Source: Eukaryota sp. GEM-RC1
Lineage: Eukaryota
Length of the DNA: 64,000 nt
Direction of reading: 5' to 3'
Assembly: GCA_040285855.1 (NCBI GenBank)
Contig: JAUFOQ010000010.1
Coordinates: 496,001 to 560,000 of the forward strand
In this document: positions 26,008-38,539 of the stretch, piece by piece
Numbering within the stretch: the stretch's first letter is position 1
How the letters are laid out: each line of letters starts with the position of its first letter
Notes under the pieces: model-generated
What the model was told of the DNA's origin: nothing
Seen by the model: only the letters and a program-made list of their open reading frames with translations
Database searches by the model: none
Translations under genes and position numbers: made by a program

Positions 26008-26358
26008 CAGTGAACGCTAACACGTTCAAAAATCGAATCTGGCACGTGTTAACACGTGTTAACACGTGTCACGTGTTACGTGTTTGCGTTACAAGACTTT
26101 TTCCTGGTTTCTGGTTCAACGATAAATAGCTCATTTCTTCTACACATACATCCCTACGCTTACTCTACATCCCTGTAGGGGACTTCTAGAACGGCTTCTT
26201 TCATTCTTTTAGCAACAAACCACACTTTTCAGATCATTCAGACTGAAAGAAGTGACCAATATTTGCGTGTTAGAAATCAGCGAAAATTCCTAACACGTAT
26301 TAACACGTATTAACACGCGTGTTACGTGTCAGGCCGTGTTACGTGTAAGCGTTCACTG
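26008..26358. mobile_element. hAT-like MITE (351 bp)
   Basis: TIR CAGTGAACGCT(A/T)ACACGT. TSD CCTAAATC at 26000-26007 and 26359-26366. ACACGT subterminal repeats. Confidence 0.92.
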
Positions 26359-26418
26359 CCTAAATCCATGGGCAAAATAAACTTTTTTTAATTGTATTGA
26401 GATGAGCACCTCGAAAAC

Positions 26419-28145
26419 TTATTTATACTGATATATTCCCACTATTTTTACTTTACAGTTAACTTTTAACCCATCTGCCAAAGCGCCAAAACCGTCACAT
26501 CCGATTGAATTTTGGTTCAAAGAAATATTCAAAAGTGAAGTATTAACTTTTAACATGTCTGCCAAAGCTCTAACACCTTCATCTCCGATAGAATTTTCAT
26601 CCAGATAAATATTCAAAAGTGAAGTATTAACTTTTAACACGTCTGCCAAAGCTCTAACACCTTCGTCTCCGATAGAATTTTCATCCAGATAAATACTCGA
26701 AACTGTAGTATTAACCTTTAACACGTCTGCCAAAGCTCTAACACCTTCGTCTCCAATAGAGTTTCCACTCAGATCAACACTTGTAACAGATGTATTAACC
26801 TTTAACACGTCTGCCAAAGCTCTTGCACCTTGAGTTCCAATAGAGTTGTACCCCAGATGAAAACTTGTCATCGTCTTATTCACTTTTAACGTGTCTACCA
26901 AAACTCTAGCACCTTCAGCTTCAATAGAGTTGAATCTCAAATCAACAGTTGCAACGGTAGTGTTAACTTTTAACATATTTGCCAAAGCTCTAACACCCTC
27001 ATTACTGACACAGTTTCCACTGAGACAGATACTCGTAACTGTGGTATTGACTTTCAACGCTTCTGCCAATGCTCTAGCACCCTCAGCTTCAATATAATTG
27101 TAACCCAGATCGAGAGTTGTAATTGTACAATTTACTTTTAAAGCATCTGCAAGAGCTCTGGCACCTGCATCTCCAATAGAGTTTTTCCTCAGATCAATAC
27201 TTGTAACACATGTATTAACCTTGAAAGCATCTGCCAAAGCTCTGGCACCTTCATCTCCAATATAGTCCCCACCAACAAGCATATAACTGTCAAAAGAAAC
27301 ATTTGTAATTGTACAATTAACTTTTAAAGCCTCTGCCAATATTTTAGCACCATCATTCCCAATAGAATTGTCCCCAAGGTCAATAATTCTAAGTGTAGTA
27401 TTAACTTTCAACGCATCTGCCAATGTTCTAACGCCTTCAGCTCCAATAGAGTTTTGACGGAAATCAACACTTGTCACTGTATTATTTACTTTGAGTAATT
27501 CTATTAATTCCATGCAAATAGCAGCATCCACAGCGACATGAAGTTGCTTAAGACGTGGAAAGAACAAGGAAGACTTGTTCAGAAACTCCAAGTCATTGTG
27601 GTTTCTCAATGTCAGCTCTAATCCTGAAATTAAATGAGAATAATTGAGAAAATCTTCAACATTAAATTTCCCGACCACATGTAAGAAAACAGACTGTACC
27701 TCTGTTCCAAAGAAAGAAGCAAATGAACAGAGTTGAGGGAAGATCTTCAACAAACACAGGAAACGTGTTTGTTTGGAAAAACAACTTGGTTGCTAGAAGA
27801 GCAGACTCAAAGAAATGATTACTGACATAGCCAACTTTCTTAAAGATTATGTTGCTTTAACTTAAGGAGAGGACGATGAGGTGAATAAATTTTCCATTCA
27901 ATAGCGGGCATCAACAGTCGACAGAGAAAACGGAGATGTATCGTAGAAAGCAGTGACTGTTGAAAGAAGAAGTGGTTGGAAGGAGAAGGAGAGATAAAAG
28001 AAGAAAACACATGGGATGATGCGTCAGAGCCAATATGCGAAGAGGAGATGCTAGAAGATGGGCCATTATACTCAACAAAGTCAACAACCGGACCATTATC
28101 ACCAAAGGAACGACTACTATTCAGTGGAGACTCAACATTTGTCAT
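26419..28145 (-). CDS. QQSLL-domain plus RI-like (NLRC3-type) LRR protein; frameshifts near 27750-27850
   Basis: ATG at 28145 (MTNVESP..), then FFQQSLL and KVGYVSNHFFESALL in a shifted frame, then 12 LKVNTT..L..NSIG.EG.RALAD repeats (eleven of 28 aa, one of 34 aa). Confidence 0.85.
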
Positions 28146-28226
28146 GTACAATGTAGTTTGGGTGAAGGGAAAATGTGTGAATTTCCTAAAATAAGACTTG
28201 AAGAAACTTTCTTGTAGTTCTCGTAC

Positions 28227-28896
28227 CAGCAACGACAAAAAATATATATTTATTGTATTGTTTATTGTTTGATCGAACAATAAATATATTGTCCAATCAA
28301 ATATTGTATTGTATTGTAGGTGTATTGTGAGAAAAAACAATAAATAACAATACAATATTTCTGCTTTATTGAAAGCTATCATCAATCTGAATAATTGCTT
28401 TTTACACGTACAACTTCACTTTCTGCTTCCCAAGTCCTAACAAAGGACACTGCATGGTGATTGCTGATAGTAGTAAATGCCAAAATTGACTTTGCGACAT
28501 TAAATTCGGTTCCGACGATATCAGTGAGAGTGTTCTATGTTCTACTGAAAAAGTTGCCAATATCTTAACTGAATGAGGGTGTGAATAATAGATCATTTGG
28601 GCTGTCTGGTTCTAAAGATTCTGAGCTCTGTTAATTTCCTTTAAATGTTGCTCAGAAGACATACCATCACAATTTTTGGTGATATAAATTTATACAAGGT
28701 GTTCGTTTATCAGAGAGGATTCCTAATGAACAACTGGGGGTTGCGCATCTTCCAATAGTTTGGTTGTAATGTGAAGAACAGTGACGTTGCCAGATATGTG
28801 ATTCTTGTTATAGTTGCACAAAATGACAAATATTGTATTGTGTTATTGTACAATATATTGTATTGTAACAATACAATATATTGTTTGTCCTTGCTG
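28227..28896. mobile_element. hAT-like non-autonomous element (670 bp)
   Basis: TIR CAGCAA(C/G)GACAAA(A/C)AATATAT. TSD TCTCGTAC at 28219-28226 and 28897-28904. TATTG subterminal repeats. Confidence 0.9.
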
Positions 28897-28904
28897 TCTC
28901 GTAC

Positions 28905-29290
28905 TAGTAGTAGTAGTTTAACAAATCAACAACATTTACTTCTATTTACAGCACTTTCAAAGAATTTAAACTCAACAGTGAAAACAATTGATTTATCTCA
29001 TATTAGTCTTTCAAATTCTAATGTGATTGTTCCCCTTTTGGGCAGTTCTAGTCTCAGAAGTATTGTGTTACCATGTCGTTGTGGTACTACATTTTTTAAA
29101 TATCTTGCAACAAATAATTCCATATCAGAGTTAAATATTGATGGAAATCGAAATCCGCAACAACTTAATGACAATGCATTTCAAGCACTAGTGGAAATGT
29201 TACGGATGGATACGAGCTTATTTAGTGTAAGTCTTAATGGTTAGATGTTTAGTTTTAAGCAGTTTCAATACATTCTGAAAGCACTTGTAG
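28905..29290 (+). pseudogene. Internal duplicate of part of the 30149-33710 LRR gene
   Basis: Near-identical to about 30887-31273 (SLTNQQ.LLLFTALSKNLNS...). Carries a TCG>TAG stop at 29242. Confidence 0.85.
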
Positions 29291-29339
29291 TTTTTCTGAA
29301 TGAGTACCCCTAGCTTTAACTCCAACTAACACTATAATG

Positions 29340-30105
29340 GACAGTCCATCAAAAGCAATGTTACCAGAGAAAAGTTCGAACAAAATAAATCCAAGAGAAT
29401 AGATATCGCTTTATGGAAAGACAATACCATCAAACTGTTCAGGAGCAGCATATCTGTGAGTGAGTGAGTTTACACTAGATGAGATGTTCTTAGAGGTTCA
29501 AAAGGCAGTGACTCTGACATGGTCATCAACTACTAGTTAGCAGGTTTAAGATCACTATTCTGACTTTGAGTGGAGGAACTTCACAGCTTGGCTGAGTTCG
29601 GTAGCACAGCGTAGAGTTTGGATGGAGAGAGTATTTGGAGTAGGGAGATGAGAAGAAGCTCGTTCCATTATACAATGCTAATCTATTCATTGAAGAAACA
29701 AATACATGTACCGAAAACACGACCAATAACATGATAGTTGAAACCGATGAGAACGTTGAGTTCCTTTTGGAGTTTAAGACGGCCTGAAAGCAATAAGAAC
29801 CATTTTTACTGCAACATGTAGATCGAACCATTCATCAGCATAAACGATGGTAAATCCTCCTTTGGAGATCTGTTTTCCCAGAACAATAAGTGATTTGGAG
29901 ATTTCGGGACTGAGATCGTCCTGTTTTGTGGCTTCAATAATGATTCGTAGCGCAAAATTGACTCTTTCTTCGATGACACATGGTTTCCGACACATTGGAC
30001 AACTTTCTAGTAAAGAACAACGACAGCAGACAGTGTGTCCATCTTTGCATATAAGGACAGGAAGACGTTGTGAATGATCAAACAGTTCATTACAAGCCAA
30101 TCAAA
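29340..30105 (-). pseudogene. RING-kinase family pseudogene
   Basis: ACNELFDHSQRLPVLICKDGHTVCCRC..CPMCR, ISKGGFTIVY, VAVK, YAAPEQFD. Multiple frameshifts and deletions. Confidence 0.85.
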
Positions 30106-30148
30106 CCAAGAATAAAAAGGCCGTTTTTGAAAACACCGAACATTGTAT

Positions 30149-33100
30149 ATGTATCAGCCTTCACTTGATAGATGTCATGACATCAGAATCTGCGATGTTG
30201 TGGCCTCCGATCCACATTCATCCTTCCCCTGTACCATTTCTACACTCCTTCATAGTTCTTCTTCGAAACATATCCATTTCCAACAGTCGTTGTTGATTCT
30301 TATACAATCTCATTGCATCCCACGTCTCTTAATGTATTCGTTTTCCAAGGAATCACCTTGGACATCATCGCTCTCTATTTCATCTGGCCAAGACTCTCTT
30401 TTCATTCTTTGAAAAAATTGGCTGTGTGAGTCAAAGTTTCTTTGAATCTTCTTTCCCGGCAGTCAAGGTGTTCTTTGGAAACAAACACGTGTTCTGTGTA
30501 TTTCAAAGATCTTCCTCAACTCTCTTCGTTCGCTTCTTTCTTTGGAGCGAAGGTACAGTCTGTATTCTTGTCCTTGGTCCAATCGTTCGTAGAATATGAC
30601 ATTCTTGAGTTTGCTTCAGTTGTAACTCATTTAAAATCAGAAGATTCCTCATTTTTACATCACTTACTTGATCCTTCTTCTTCTCGTTTCCTTCCACGTC
30701 TTCGAGTTCTTGAAGTTACCAAGAAACCGACTAATGGTACTTATATTTCTTTTGTAATTCTCTAATGGTTAATACTACTGTTAAAGAATTCAGTTTTAAT
30801 TGTACGTCTCTCACTACCTCTGAAGTTGTTACTCTCGCAAAAGTGCTTTACTTAAATAACACCTTGACGAAACTTTCTCTTAGTTCTAGTTGTAGTTTAA
30901 CAAATCAACAACAATTACTTCTATTTACAGCACTTTCAAAGAATTTAAACTCAACAGTGAAAACAATTGATTTATCTCATCTTAGTCTTTCAAATTCTAA
31001 TGTGATTGTTCCCCTTTTGGGCAGTTCCAGTCTCAGAAGTATTGTGTTACCATGTCGTTGTGGTACTACATTTTTTAAATATCTTGCAACAAATAATTCC
31101 ATTTCAGAATTAAATATTGATGGAAATCGAAATCAACTTAATGACAATGCATTTCAAGCACTAGTGGAAGCACTAGTGGAAATGTTACGGATTAATCAGA
31201 GGTTACTTGCTGTAAGTCTTAATGGTTCGATGTTTAGTTTTGAGCAGTTTCAAGAAATTCTAAAAGCACTTGTACATAATTCAGCTCTCAAAACAGTTCA
31301 ATTCCCTGAATTAAAACCGGGTTTAACTTCGTTAATGCTAGTGTTTGAATGTCTATATACTCTTAAGCTAAGACCAATTGTAGATCTTCGACCTCATGCT
31401 ATTGACATTCAAAACCGTAAGTTTAGTTTTTTTCCAAATAAGTATGCCCCTGTTTCTGCTGAGGAAATCTCCTCTTTGCAGGGTTTTTTGGAGTGTTATG
31501 GAATCAAACAACTTACGCTCAAACGAACCAGTTTTACGTCCGGAGCAATCATAATGTTGTGTGATTTAATCAGGCTCAATAAGTCATTGACCTCTGTTGA
31601 TTTCACTAATTGTTGTCGGTCTGAAGAAGTTTCTGATTGCTCATCTGATGAAGATTCATTCTATTCATCTGGTGATGACTATATTGGTGTTATCAGTTTT
31701 TCTGATCACGAAGTTTTAAAAATAGTCGGTGCCCTACAAGATAATTCAACTTTAAAGAATGTAAATGTTAGTATTAAATCTATTGGATTCAAAAGTCTTT
31801 TGGCCATTTTTGAGTTGATTTCGACTGGTAAATTAACATCAAATATTCAAGTTTCTCCTCATTCTATCAACCTTTCTCTTGGATTTATTCGTTAGGATAA
31901 CATGTTGACTGCAAATGATTTAACTTCACTTTTAAGTGCTTTAAAGTCACGTGTTCCTATCAAACGAGTTAAATGTAATGGATTATACAGTTTAGGACTA
32001 CACGAACTCATGGATATATTTGAAATTCTGTCAGTTAACAAGTCATTGATGGATGTTGACATTTCTCCTCATTATATTGACATTGACAATGGGGTGTTTT
32101 GCTTTTCTCCAGAAAGATATATCGAAATAACTGTCGATGACGTCTCTTCTCTACAGTGTTTTTTGAAGTGTTTTAGTATTCAAGAGCTTACTCTTAAGAG
32201 ATGTAGTTTTTCTGAAGATGCAATTGCTCCTTTAAGTGAGTTAATCAGGAATTCGGATTCAGTAACTTCTTTTGATTTCAGTTTCATTAAAACATCTAAA
32301 TCAAGTTCACTTTATTACTCTGATAGTGATTACTCTGATGGCTTTCACTCTGATTACTATCGCTTGTCTTACAATCAACTATCTGATGCCGATTTCTCGA
32401 AATTATTCAACGCGTTTCAGGCCAAAACTAATTTAAACAAAGTCAATCTTAGTAGTAACTCACTTTCATTAAATAGTCTTTTAACTATATTTGAACTAAT
32501 TTCATCTACAAAATTAACTCCAAATGTTGAAGTTTCTCCTCATTTTCTTGATTTTTCACTCGAGTACATTTGTTATCAAAATGAGGTGGATAATAGTGAT
32601 TTAATTTCACTTTTAAAATGTCTTAAGTCAAACATTTCTGTCAAACGTGTTGAATGTTTGGGATTTAAGCGCCCAATTTCAATGAGTCTTGAAGGACTAA
32701 TGGCGTTATTTCAAATTCAGCTCCTCAAAAAATCAGTGATAGATCTTGACATTTCTCCACATTGTATTAGCGTTGACGATTCTGTTTTTGTTTTTCATCT
32801 GGAAGTTCCACCGAAATTTCTACTGAAGAAGTTTCTTCTCTACAAACATTTTTGGAGTGTTTTAATATCAAAGAGCTTACTCTTAATCGATGTATTTTGA
32901 CTGGTGATGCAATTATAGAGTTGTGTGATTTAATCAGAAGCAATACTTCTTTGACTTCTGCTGACTTCAGTTACATTGGATCCTCTGTGGCATCCCAGAA
33001 TTTTACCTCTTCTTCCCATAAACTAAATTCCGAGGATTTCTCAAAATTGCTGAATGCCCTTCAGTACAACATTCATTTAAAGAAAGTCAATCTCAGTAAT

Positions 33101-33710
33101 AAGTCAATTGGATTTAATAGTCTGTTAACTATTTTTGAACTGATTTCAACTGACAAATTAACATCGAATGTTGAGGTACTACCTCATTATATTGATTTTT
33201 CCCTTGGTTTGATTGGTTATCAAAACAAGCTCAAAAATGATGATTTATTTTCGCTTCTAAATGCTTTAAAATCCAACGTACCAATTAAACGTGTTGAATC
33301 CCATGGACTAAGTAGTCCAGGTCTTAAAGAACTTAACAGTGTATATGAAGTATTTTTAATTAACAGTTCGGTGATTGATTTTGATCTTTCTGATGATTCA
33401 CTTAATGCTGAAAGGTTAGTGTTTGTTTTTCCTCAGAGAACTACTCAAATCGCTACTGAATTCTCATCTTTACAGTTTTTTTTTAAAGTGCTTCAGTGTT
33501 AAAAAGATGACGATCAAGAGGTGCCGTGCTTTTTACGACAACATTCATTTGCGTGGTATAATCAACGTCAATAAGTCGTTGACGTCTGTTGAATTGAGTG
33601 ATTGTGATTATGATGATGATATTATGGAACAAATTAGGAAACTCTTGATTGAAGATGTTGGTACAACACTTGTTAACATCAGTCTAAAAAATGGTTCTTC
33701 CCATAATTGA
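30149..33710 (+). pseudogene. QQSLL-domain plus super-repeat LRR gene (about 1150-1200 codons), disrupted
   Basis: Six consecutive ORF pieces. HFQQSLLILIQ N-terminal domain and repeated ISPH.ID...G.F.FSP / LKS.VPIKRV.C units. In-frame TAG at 31893 plus frameshifts. Confidence 0.82.
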
Positions 33711-33839
33711 AAAATTCTTCATTCAAACTTTGTTCAAGATTGTTTAGTTCAATACGAGATGTATTTATGTGGCCGAGTTGATGTCGTGATCGAGTGTCAG
33801 TCACGAGTTCTCATCAATCGTATTGACTGTTATGCATTG

Positions 33840-34150
33840 CGAGCTTCAAGTTTTAAAGCCTTTTTAGTTCTGGTCAAGTCTTTTCAATTTATTTTAACTT
33901 TACTGTTAACTTTCAACACATCTAACCAAGCGCACATCCAATTAAATTTTGATCCACATAGTTAATCTTAACTGTAGTATTATCCTTTAACGTCTGTAAC
34001 AAAGCTTTTGCACCTACATCTCCAATATAGTCCATATCAACAACCATAAAACTGTCACAACAAATACTTGCGACTGTAGTATTAACTTTAAACGCATCTG
34101 CCAATACTCGAACACCTGCAGATCGAATAGAATTTCGACGGAAGTCAACA
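33840..34150 (-). pseudogene. RI-like LRR fragment
   Basis: VDFRRNSIRSAGVRVLADAFKVNTT..DSFMVVDMDYIGDVGAKAL. Includes the same atypical long repeat as the 26419-28145 gene. Confidence 0.75.
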
Positions 34151-34570
34151 AGAGATTCAGAAATTGTTCTCCAAAGCTCCAGAACTAATATTTTATCTAC
34201 AACACCAAATTCATCATCGACGTCATGTTCTTCTTCACACATCTCATCATCTGATACGAAAACTTCACGGTCATCCTCAAATATAACAACAAATGAATCC
34301 TATGTAAATCTCTGATAATCTACAGAGTTCGTACAGTGTATTTTTCATAAAAGACATGCCCGCTGGAAAACGAAGGACGATACAAACGTCGAATACTTCA
34401 GAGCTATTGATTCCGAGGAATCGTGAAGATATTAAAGCCAAATAGATATGTACAATGTTGAAACCATTTTACTTTCGCACTTCCACATTCTTGTTAAATG
34501 TCTTGCACCGATTACAGAAAAAACTTGAATTTGAATAGCATCAATTAGTGTTGTTCTATAACAAAGAAAT

Positions 34571-35798
34571 TTATAGTATTTCTTCCTTGAGCAGCTCAAT
34601 TTCGTCCTTCAAAGACTGATTATTTGTTTCAAACATGGAAATTTTTTGTTGAACACATTTCCGTTTGTCCAAAAATTCATTACGCACATTCGACAAAGTA
34701 CGGACTTTCTCCACAAGTATTAAATTCTGTTGGTTTAAAAACTGTTGACGAGAAAAATTGCGTTTCAAACTGTTGGCAGATACAGACAAAAGGTAATCTG
34801 CTCCTTCAAATGAAAATAAAGGATAATTGACAAGACTTAGTTGAAGTTGCAAATCACATAAAGATTCAATCATAAAATTAAGTATCGGTCGATATGAGGC
34901 TTCTGGATTTATACACTTCATAATTAATTCTTGTAAACATTTGGGAGTTGAATCATCAAACGGTAATGGTTTGCCGTGAACTTTTGCTCCTAGAATTTGC
35001 ATCATAGAAAAACCATCATAAGCTATTCGTCCAGTCAAAAGTTCATATAGTACTAATCCAAGTGAATAGATATCACTGAAAGGACCAGGTCTTGAATCAA
35101 ACTGCTCAGGGGCAGCATACTTTGGACTCATGGCAGTGGCTCTGGTAACTAGAGTGGTATCGGCAAGGTTCCTTGAGGTACCAAAATCAGCAACTCTTAC
35201 ATGACCGTCGACTAAGAGGATATTTGCTGGTTTTAAGTCTCCATGAACAACAGACTTTAAGTGGAGAAACTTCACTGCCTGGCAAAAGTTCTTTGGCGTA
35301 TCTGAGAGTTGTTGAAGAGAGAAGAGTTGGAGAGGGGATGTGAGAAGAAGCTTTTTCCATAACAATTGCAACGGAATCATCAAAGAAAGTGAGACCAAAT
35401 ACACGCAGGATCGATGGATGGTTTAGACTGAAGAGAAGACTCATTTCTCTCTGGAGTTCCTTCTTTCCCTTTTCTGTGAGAGACACCATTTTGATGGCCA
35501 CGGGAATATCGAACCATTCGGCAGCGTAAATGAGAGCAAAACCTCCTTCTGCGATCTTATCTCCGAGAACGATTTGATCTGAAGGAATTTGGGGGCAAAG
35601 ATCACCGTCGCGAGATGCCTTGATCAAGTCTTTTAGGGCAAAGTTCACTTTTCTCTCCTTAAGACATTCAAGGCGACAAAGAGGACACTGTTTCAGCTTC
35701 TGTGAACACCTGGAGCAACAACTGTGTCCTTCACAACAGATTAGAACAGGAACCCGATCAGAAAGATTGAAAGACTGGTAACATGTAGAACAATTCAT
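34571..35798 (-). CDS. RING-kinase-coiled-coil protein, copy 1 (1-nt frameshift at ~35285)
   Basis: Matches copy 2 apart from GGCAAAAG vs GGCAAAG and two coding substitutions. Confidence 0.8.
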
Positions 35799-35942
35799 CG
35801 ATTGAAAAATTGGGACTTGTGTTTTCAAAGTAGTTGATGTCCATGATACAGTTCAATTTAATTCGAAAAAATGTGTGAACTGATTACAGAAAAAACTTGA
35901 ATTTGAATAGCATCAATTAGTATTGTTCTATAACAAAGAAAT

Positions 35943-37169
35943 TTATAGTATTTCTTCCTTGAGCAGCTCAATTTCGTCCTTCAAAGACTGATTATTTGTT
36001 TCAAACATGGAAATTTTTTGTTGAACACATTTCCGTTTGTCCAAAAATTCATTACGCACATTCGACAAAGTACGGACTTTCTCCACAAGTATTAAATTCT
36101 GTTGGTTTAAAAACTGTTGACGAGAAAAATTGCGTTTCAAACTGTTGGCAGATACAGACAAAAGGTAATCTGCTCCTTCAAATGAAAATAAAGGATAATT
36201 GACAAGACTTAGTTGAAGTTGCAAATCACATAAAGATTCAATCATAAAATTAAGTATCGGTCGATATGAGGCTTCTGGATTTATACACTTCATAATTAAT
36301 TCTTGTAAACATTTGGGAGTTGAATCATCAAACGGTAATGGTTTGCCGTGAACTTTTGCTCCTAGAATTTGCATCATAGAAAAACCATCATAAGCTATTC
36401 GTCCAGTCAAAAGTTCATATAGTACTAATCCAAGTGAATAGATATCACTGAAAGGACCAGGTCTTGAATCAAACTGCTCAGGGGCAGCATACTTTGGACT
36501 CATGGCAGTGGCTCTGGTAACTAGAGTGGTATCGGCAAGGTTCCTTGAGGTACCAAAATCAGCAACTCTTACATGACCGTCGACTAAGAGGATATTTGCT
36601 GGTTTTAAGTCTCCATGAACAACAGACTTTAAGTGGAGAAACTTCACTGCCTGGCAAAGTTCTTTGGCGTATCTGAGAGTTGTTGAAGAGAGAAGAGTTG
36701 GAGAGGGGATGTGAGAAGAAGCTTTTTCCATAACAATTGCAACGGAATCATCAAAGAAAGTGAGACCAAATACACGCAGGATCGATGGATGGTTTAGACT
36801 GAAGAGAAGACTCATTTCTCTCTGGAGTTCCTTCTTTCCCTTATCTGTGAGAGACACCATTTTGATGGCCACGGGAATATCGAACCATTCGGCAGCGTAA
36901 ATGAGAGCAAAACCTCCTTCTGCGATCTTATCTCCGAGAAAGATTTGATCTGAAGGAATTTGGGGGCAAAGATCACCGTCGCGAGATGCCTTGATCAAGT
37001 CTTTTAGGGCAAAGTTCACTTTTCTCTCCTTAAGACATTCAAGGCGACAAAGAGGACACTGTTTCAGCTTCTGTGAACACCTGGAGCAACAACTGTGTCC
37101 TTCACAACAGATTAGAACAGGAACCCGATCAGAAAGATTGAAAGACTGGTAACATGTAGAACAATTCAT
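35943..37169 (-). CDS. RING-kinase-coiled-coil protein, copy 2 (intact; TKL-like, non-RD)
   Basis: RING CSTC..CCEGHSCCSRC..CPLCR. Kinase motifs EGGF, VAIK, HGDLKPAN, DFG, YAAPE, SDIYSLG. C-terminal heptads. First ATG at 37169. Confidence 0.93.
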   Translation of the reverse strand: MNCSTCYQSFNLSDRVPVLICCEGHSCCSRCSQKLKQCPLCRLECLKERKVNFALKDLIKASRDGDLCPQIPSDQIFLGDKIAEGGFALIYAAEWFDIPVAIKMVSLTDKGKKELQREMSLLFSLNHPSILRVFGLTFFDDSVAIVMEKASSHIPSPTLLSSTTLRYAKELCQAVKFLHLKSVVHGDLKPANILLVDGHVRVADFGTSRNLADTTLVTRATAMSPKYAAPEQFDSRPGPFSDIYSLGLVLYELLTGRIAYDGFSMMQILGAKVHGKPLPFDDSTPKCLQELIMKCINPEASYRPILNFMIESLCDLQLQLSLVNYPLFSFEGADYLLSVSANSLKRNFSRQQFLNQQNLILVEKVRTLSNVRNEFLDKRKCVQQKISMFETNNQSLKDEIELLKEEIL

Positions 37170-37313
37170 CGATTGAAAAATTGGGACTTGTGTTTTCAAA
37201 GTAGTTGATGTCCATGATACAGTTCAATTTAATTCGAAAAAATGTGTGAACTGATTACAGAAAAAACTTGAATTTGAATAGCATCAATTAGTATTGTTCT
37301 ATAACAAAGAAAT

Positions 37314-38539
37314 TTATAGTATTTCTTCCTTGAGCAGCTCAATTTCGTCCTTCAAAGACTGATTATTTGTTTCAAACATGGAAATTTTTTGTTGAACACA
37401 TTTCCGTTTGTCCAAAAATTCATTACGCACATTCGACAAAGTACGGACTTTCTCCACAAGTATTAAATTCTGTTGGTTTAAAAACTGTTGACGAGAAAAA
37501 TTGCGTTTCAAACTGTTGGCAGATACAGACAAAAGGTAATCTGCTCCTTCAAATGAAAATAAAGGATAATTGACAAGACTTAGTTGAAGTTGCAAATCAC
37601 ATAAAGATTCAATCATAAAATTAAGTATCGGTCGATATGAGGCTTCTGGATTTATACACTTCATAATTAATTCTTGTAAACATTTGGGAGTTGAATCATC
37701 AAACGGTAATGGTTTGCCGTGAACTTTTGCTCCTAGAATTTGCATCATAGAAAAACCATCATAAGCTATTCGTCCAGTCAAAAGTTCATATAGTACTAAT
37801 CCAAGTGAATAGATATCACTGAAAGGACCAGGTCTTGAATCAAACTGCTCAGGGGCAGCATACTTTGGACTCATGGCAGTGGCTCTGGTAACTAGAGTGG
37901 TATCGGCAAGGTTCCTTGAGGTACCAAAATCAGCAACTCTTACATGACCGTCGACTAAGAGGATATTTGCTGGTTTTAAGTCTCCATGAACAACAGACTT
38001 TAAGTGGAGAAACTTCACTGCCTGGCAAAGTTCTTTGGCGTATCTGAGAGTTGTTGAAGAGAGAAGAGTTGGAGAGGGGATGTGAGAAGAAGCTTTTCCA
38101 TAACAATTGCAACGGAATCATCAAAGAAAGTGAGACCAAATACACGCAGGATCGATGGATGGTTTAGACTGAAGAGAAGACTCATTTCTCTCTGGAGTTC
38201 CTTCTTTCCCTTATCTGTGAGAGACACCATTTTGATGGCCACGGGAATATCGAACCATTCGGCAGCGTAAATGAGAGCAAAACCTCCTTCTGCGATCTTA
38301 TCTCCGAGAACGATTTGATCTGAAGGAATTTGGGGGCAAAGATCACCGTCGCGAGATGCCTTGATCAAGTCTTTTAGGGCAAAGTTCACTTTTCTCTCCT
38401 TAAGACATTCAAGGCGACAAAGAGGACACTGTTTCAGCTTCTGTGAACACCTGGAGCAACAACTGTGTCCTTCACAACAGATTAGAACAGGAACCCGATC
38501 AGAAAGATTGAAAGACTGGTAACATGTAGAACAATTCAT
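37314..38539 (-). CDS. RING-kinase-coiled-coil protein, copy 3 (1-nt frameshift at ~38095)
   Basis: GCTTTTCC here vs GCTTTTTCC in the other copies; otherwise the same gene. Confidence 0.8.

Noticed and set aside
26419..27753. Calling the LRR gene NLRC3/NOD3
   Set aside because: Only the 28-aa repeat type is similar. There is no NACHT domain, so no gene symbol was given.
34624..37573. Three identical 68-aa plus-strand ORFs, and other short antisense ORFs over LRR and transporter genes
   Set aside because: They are antisense shadows of real genes, repeated because of the triplication.
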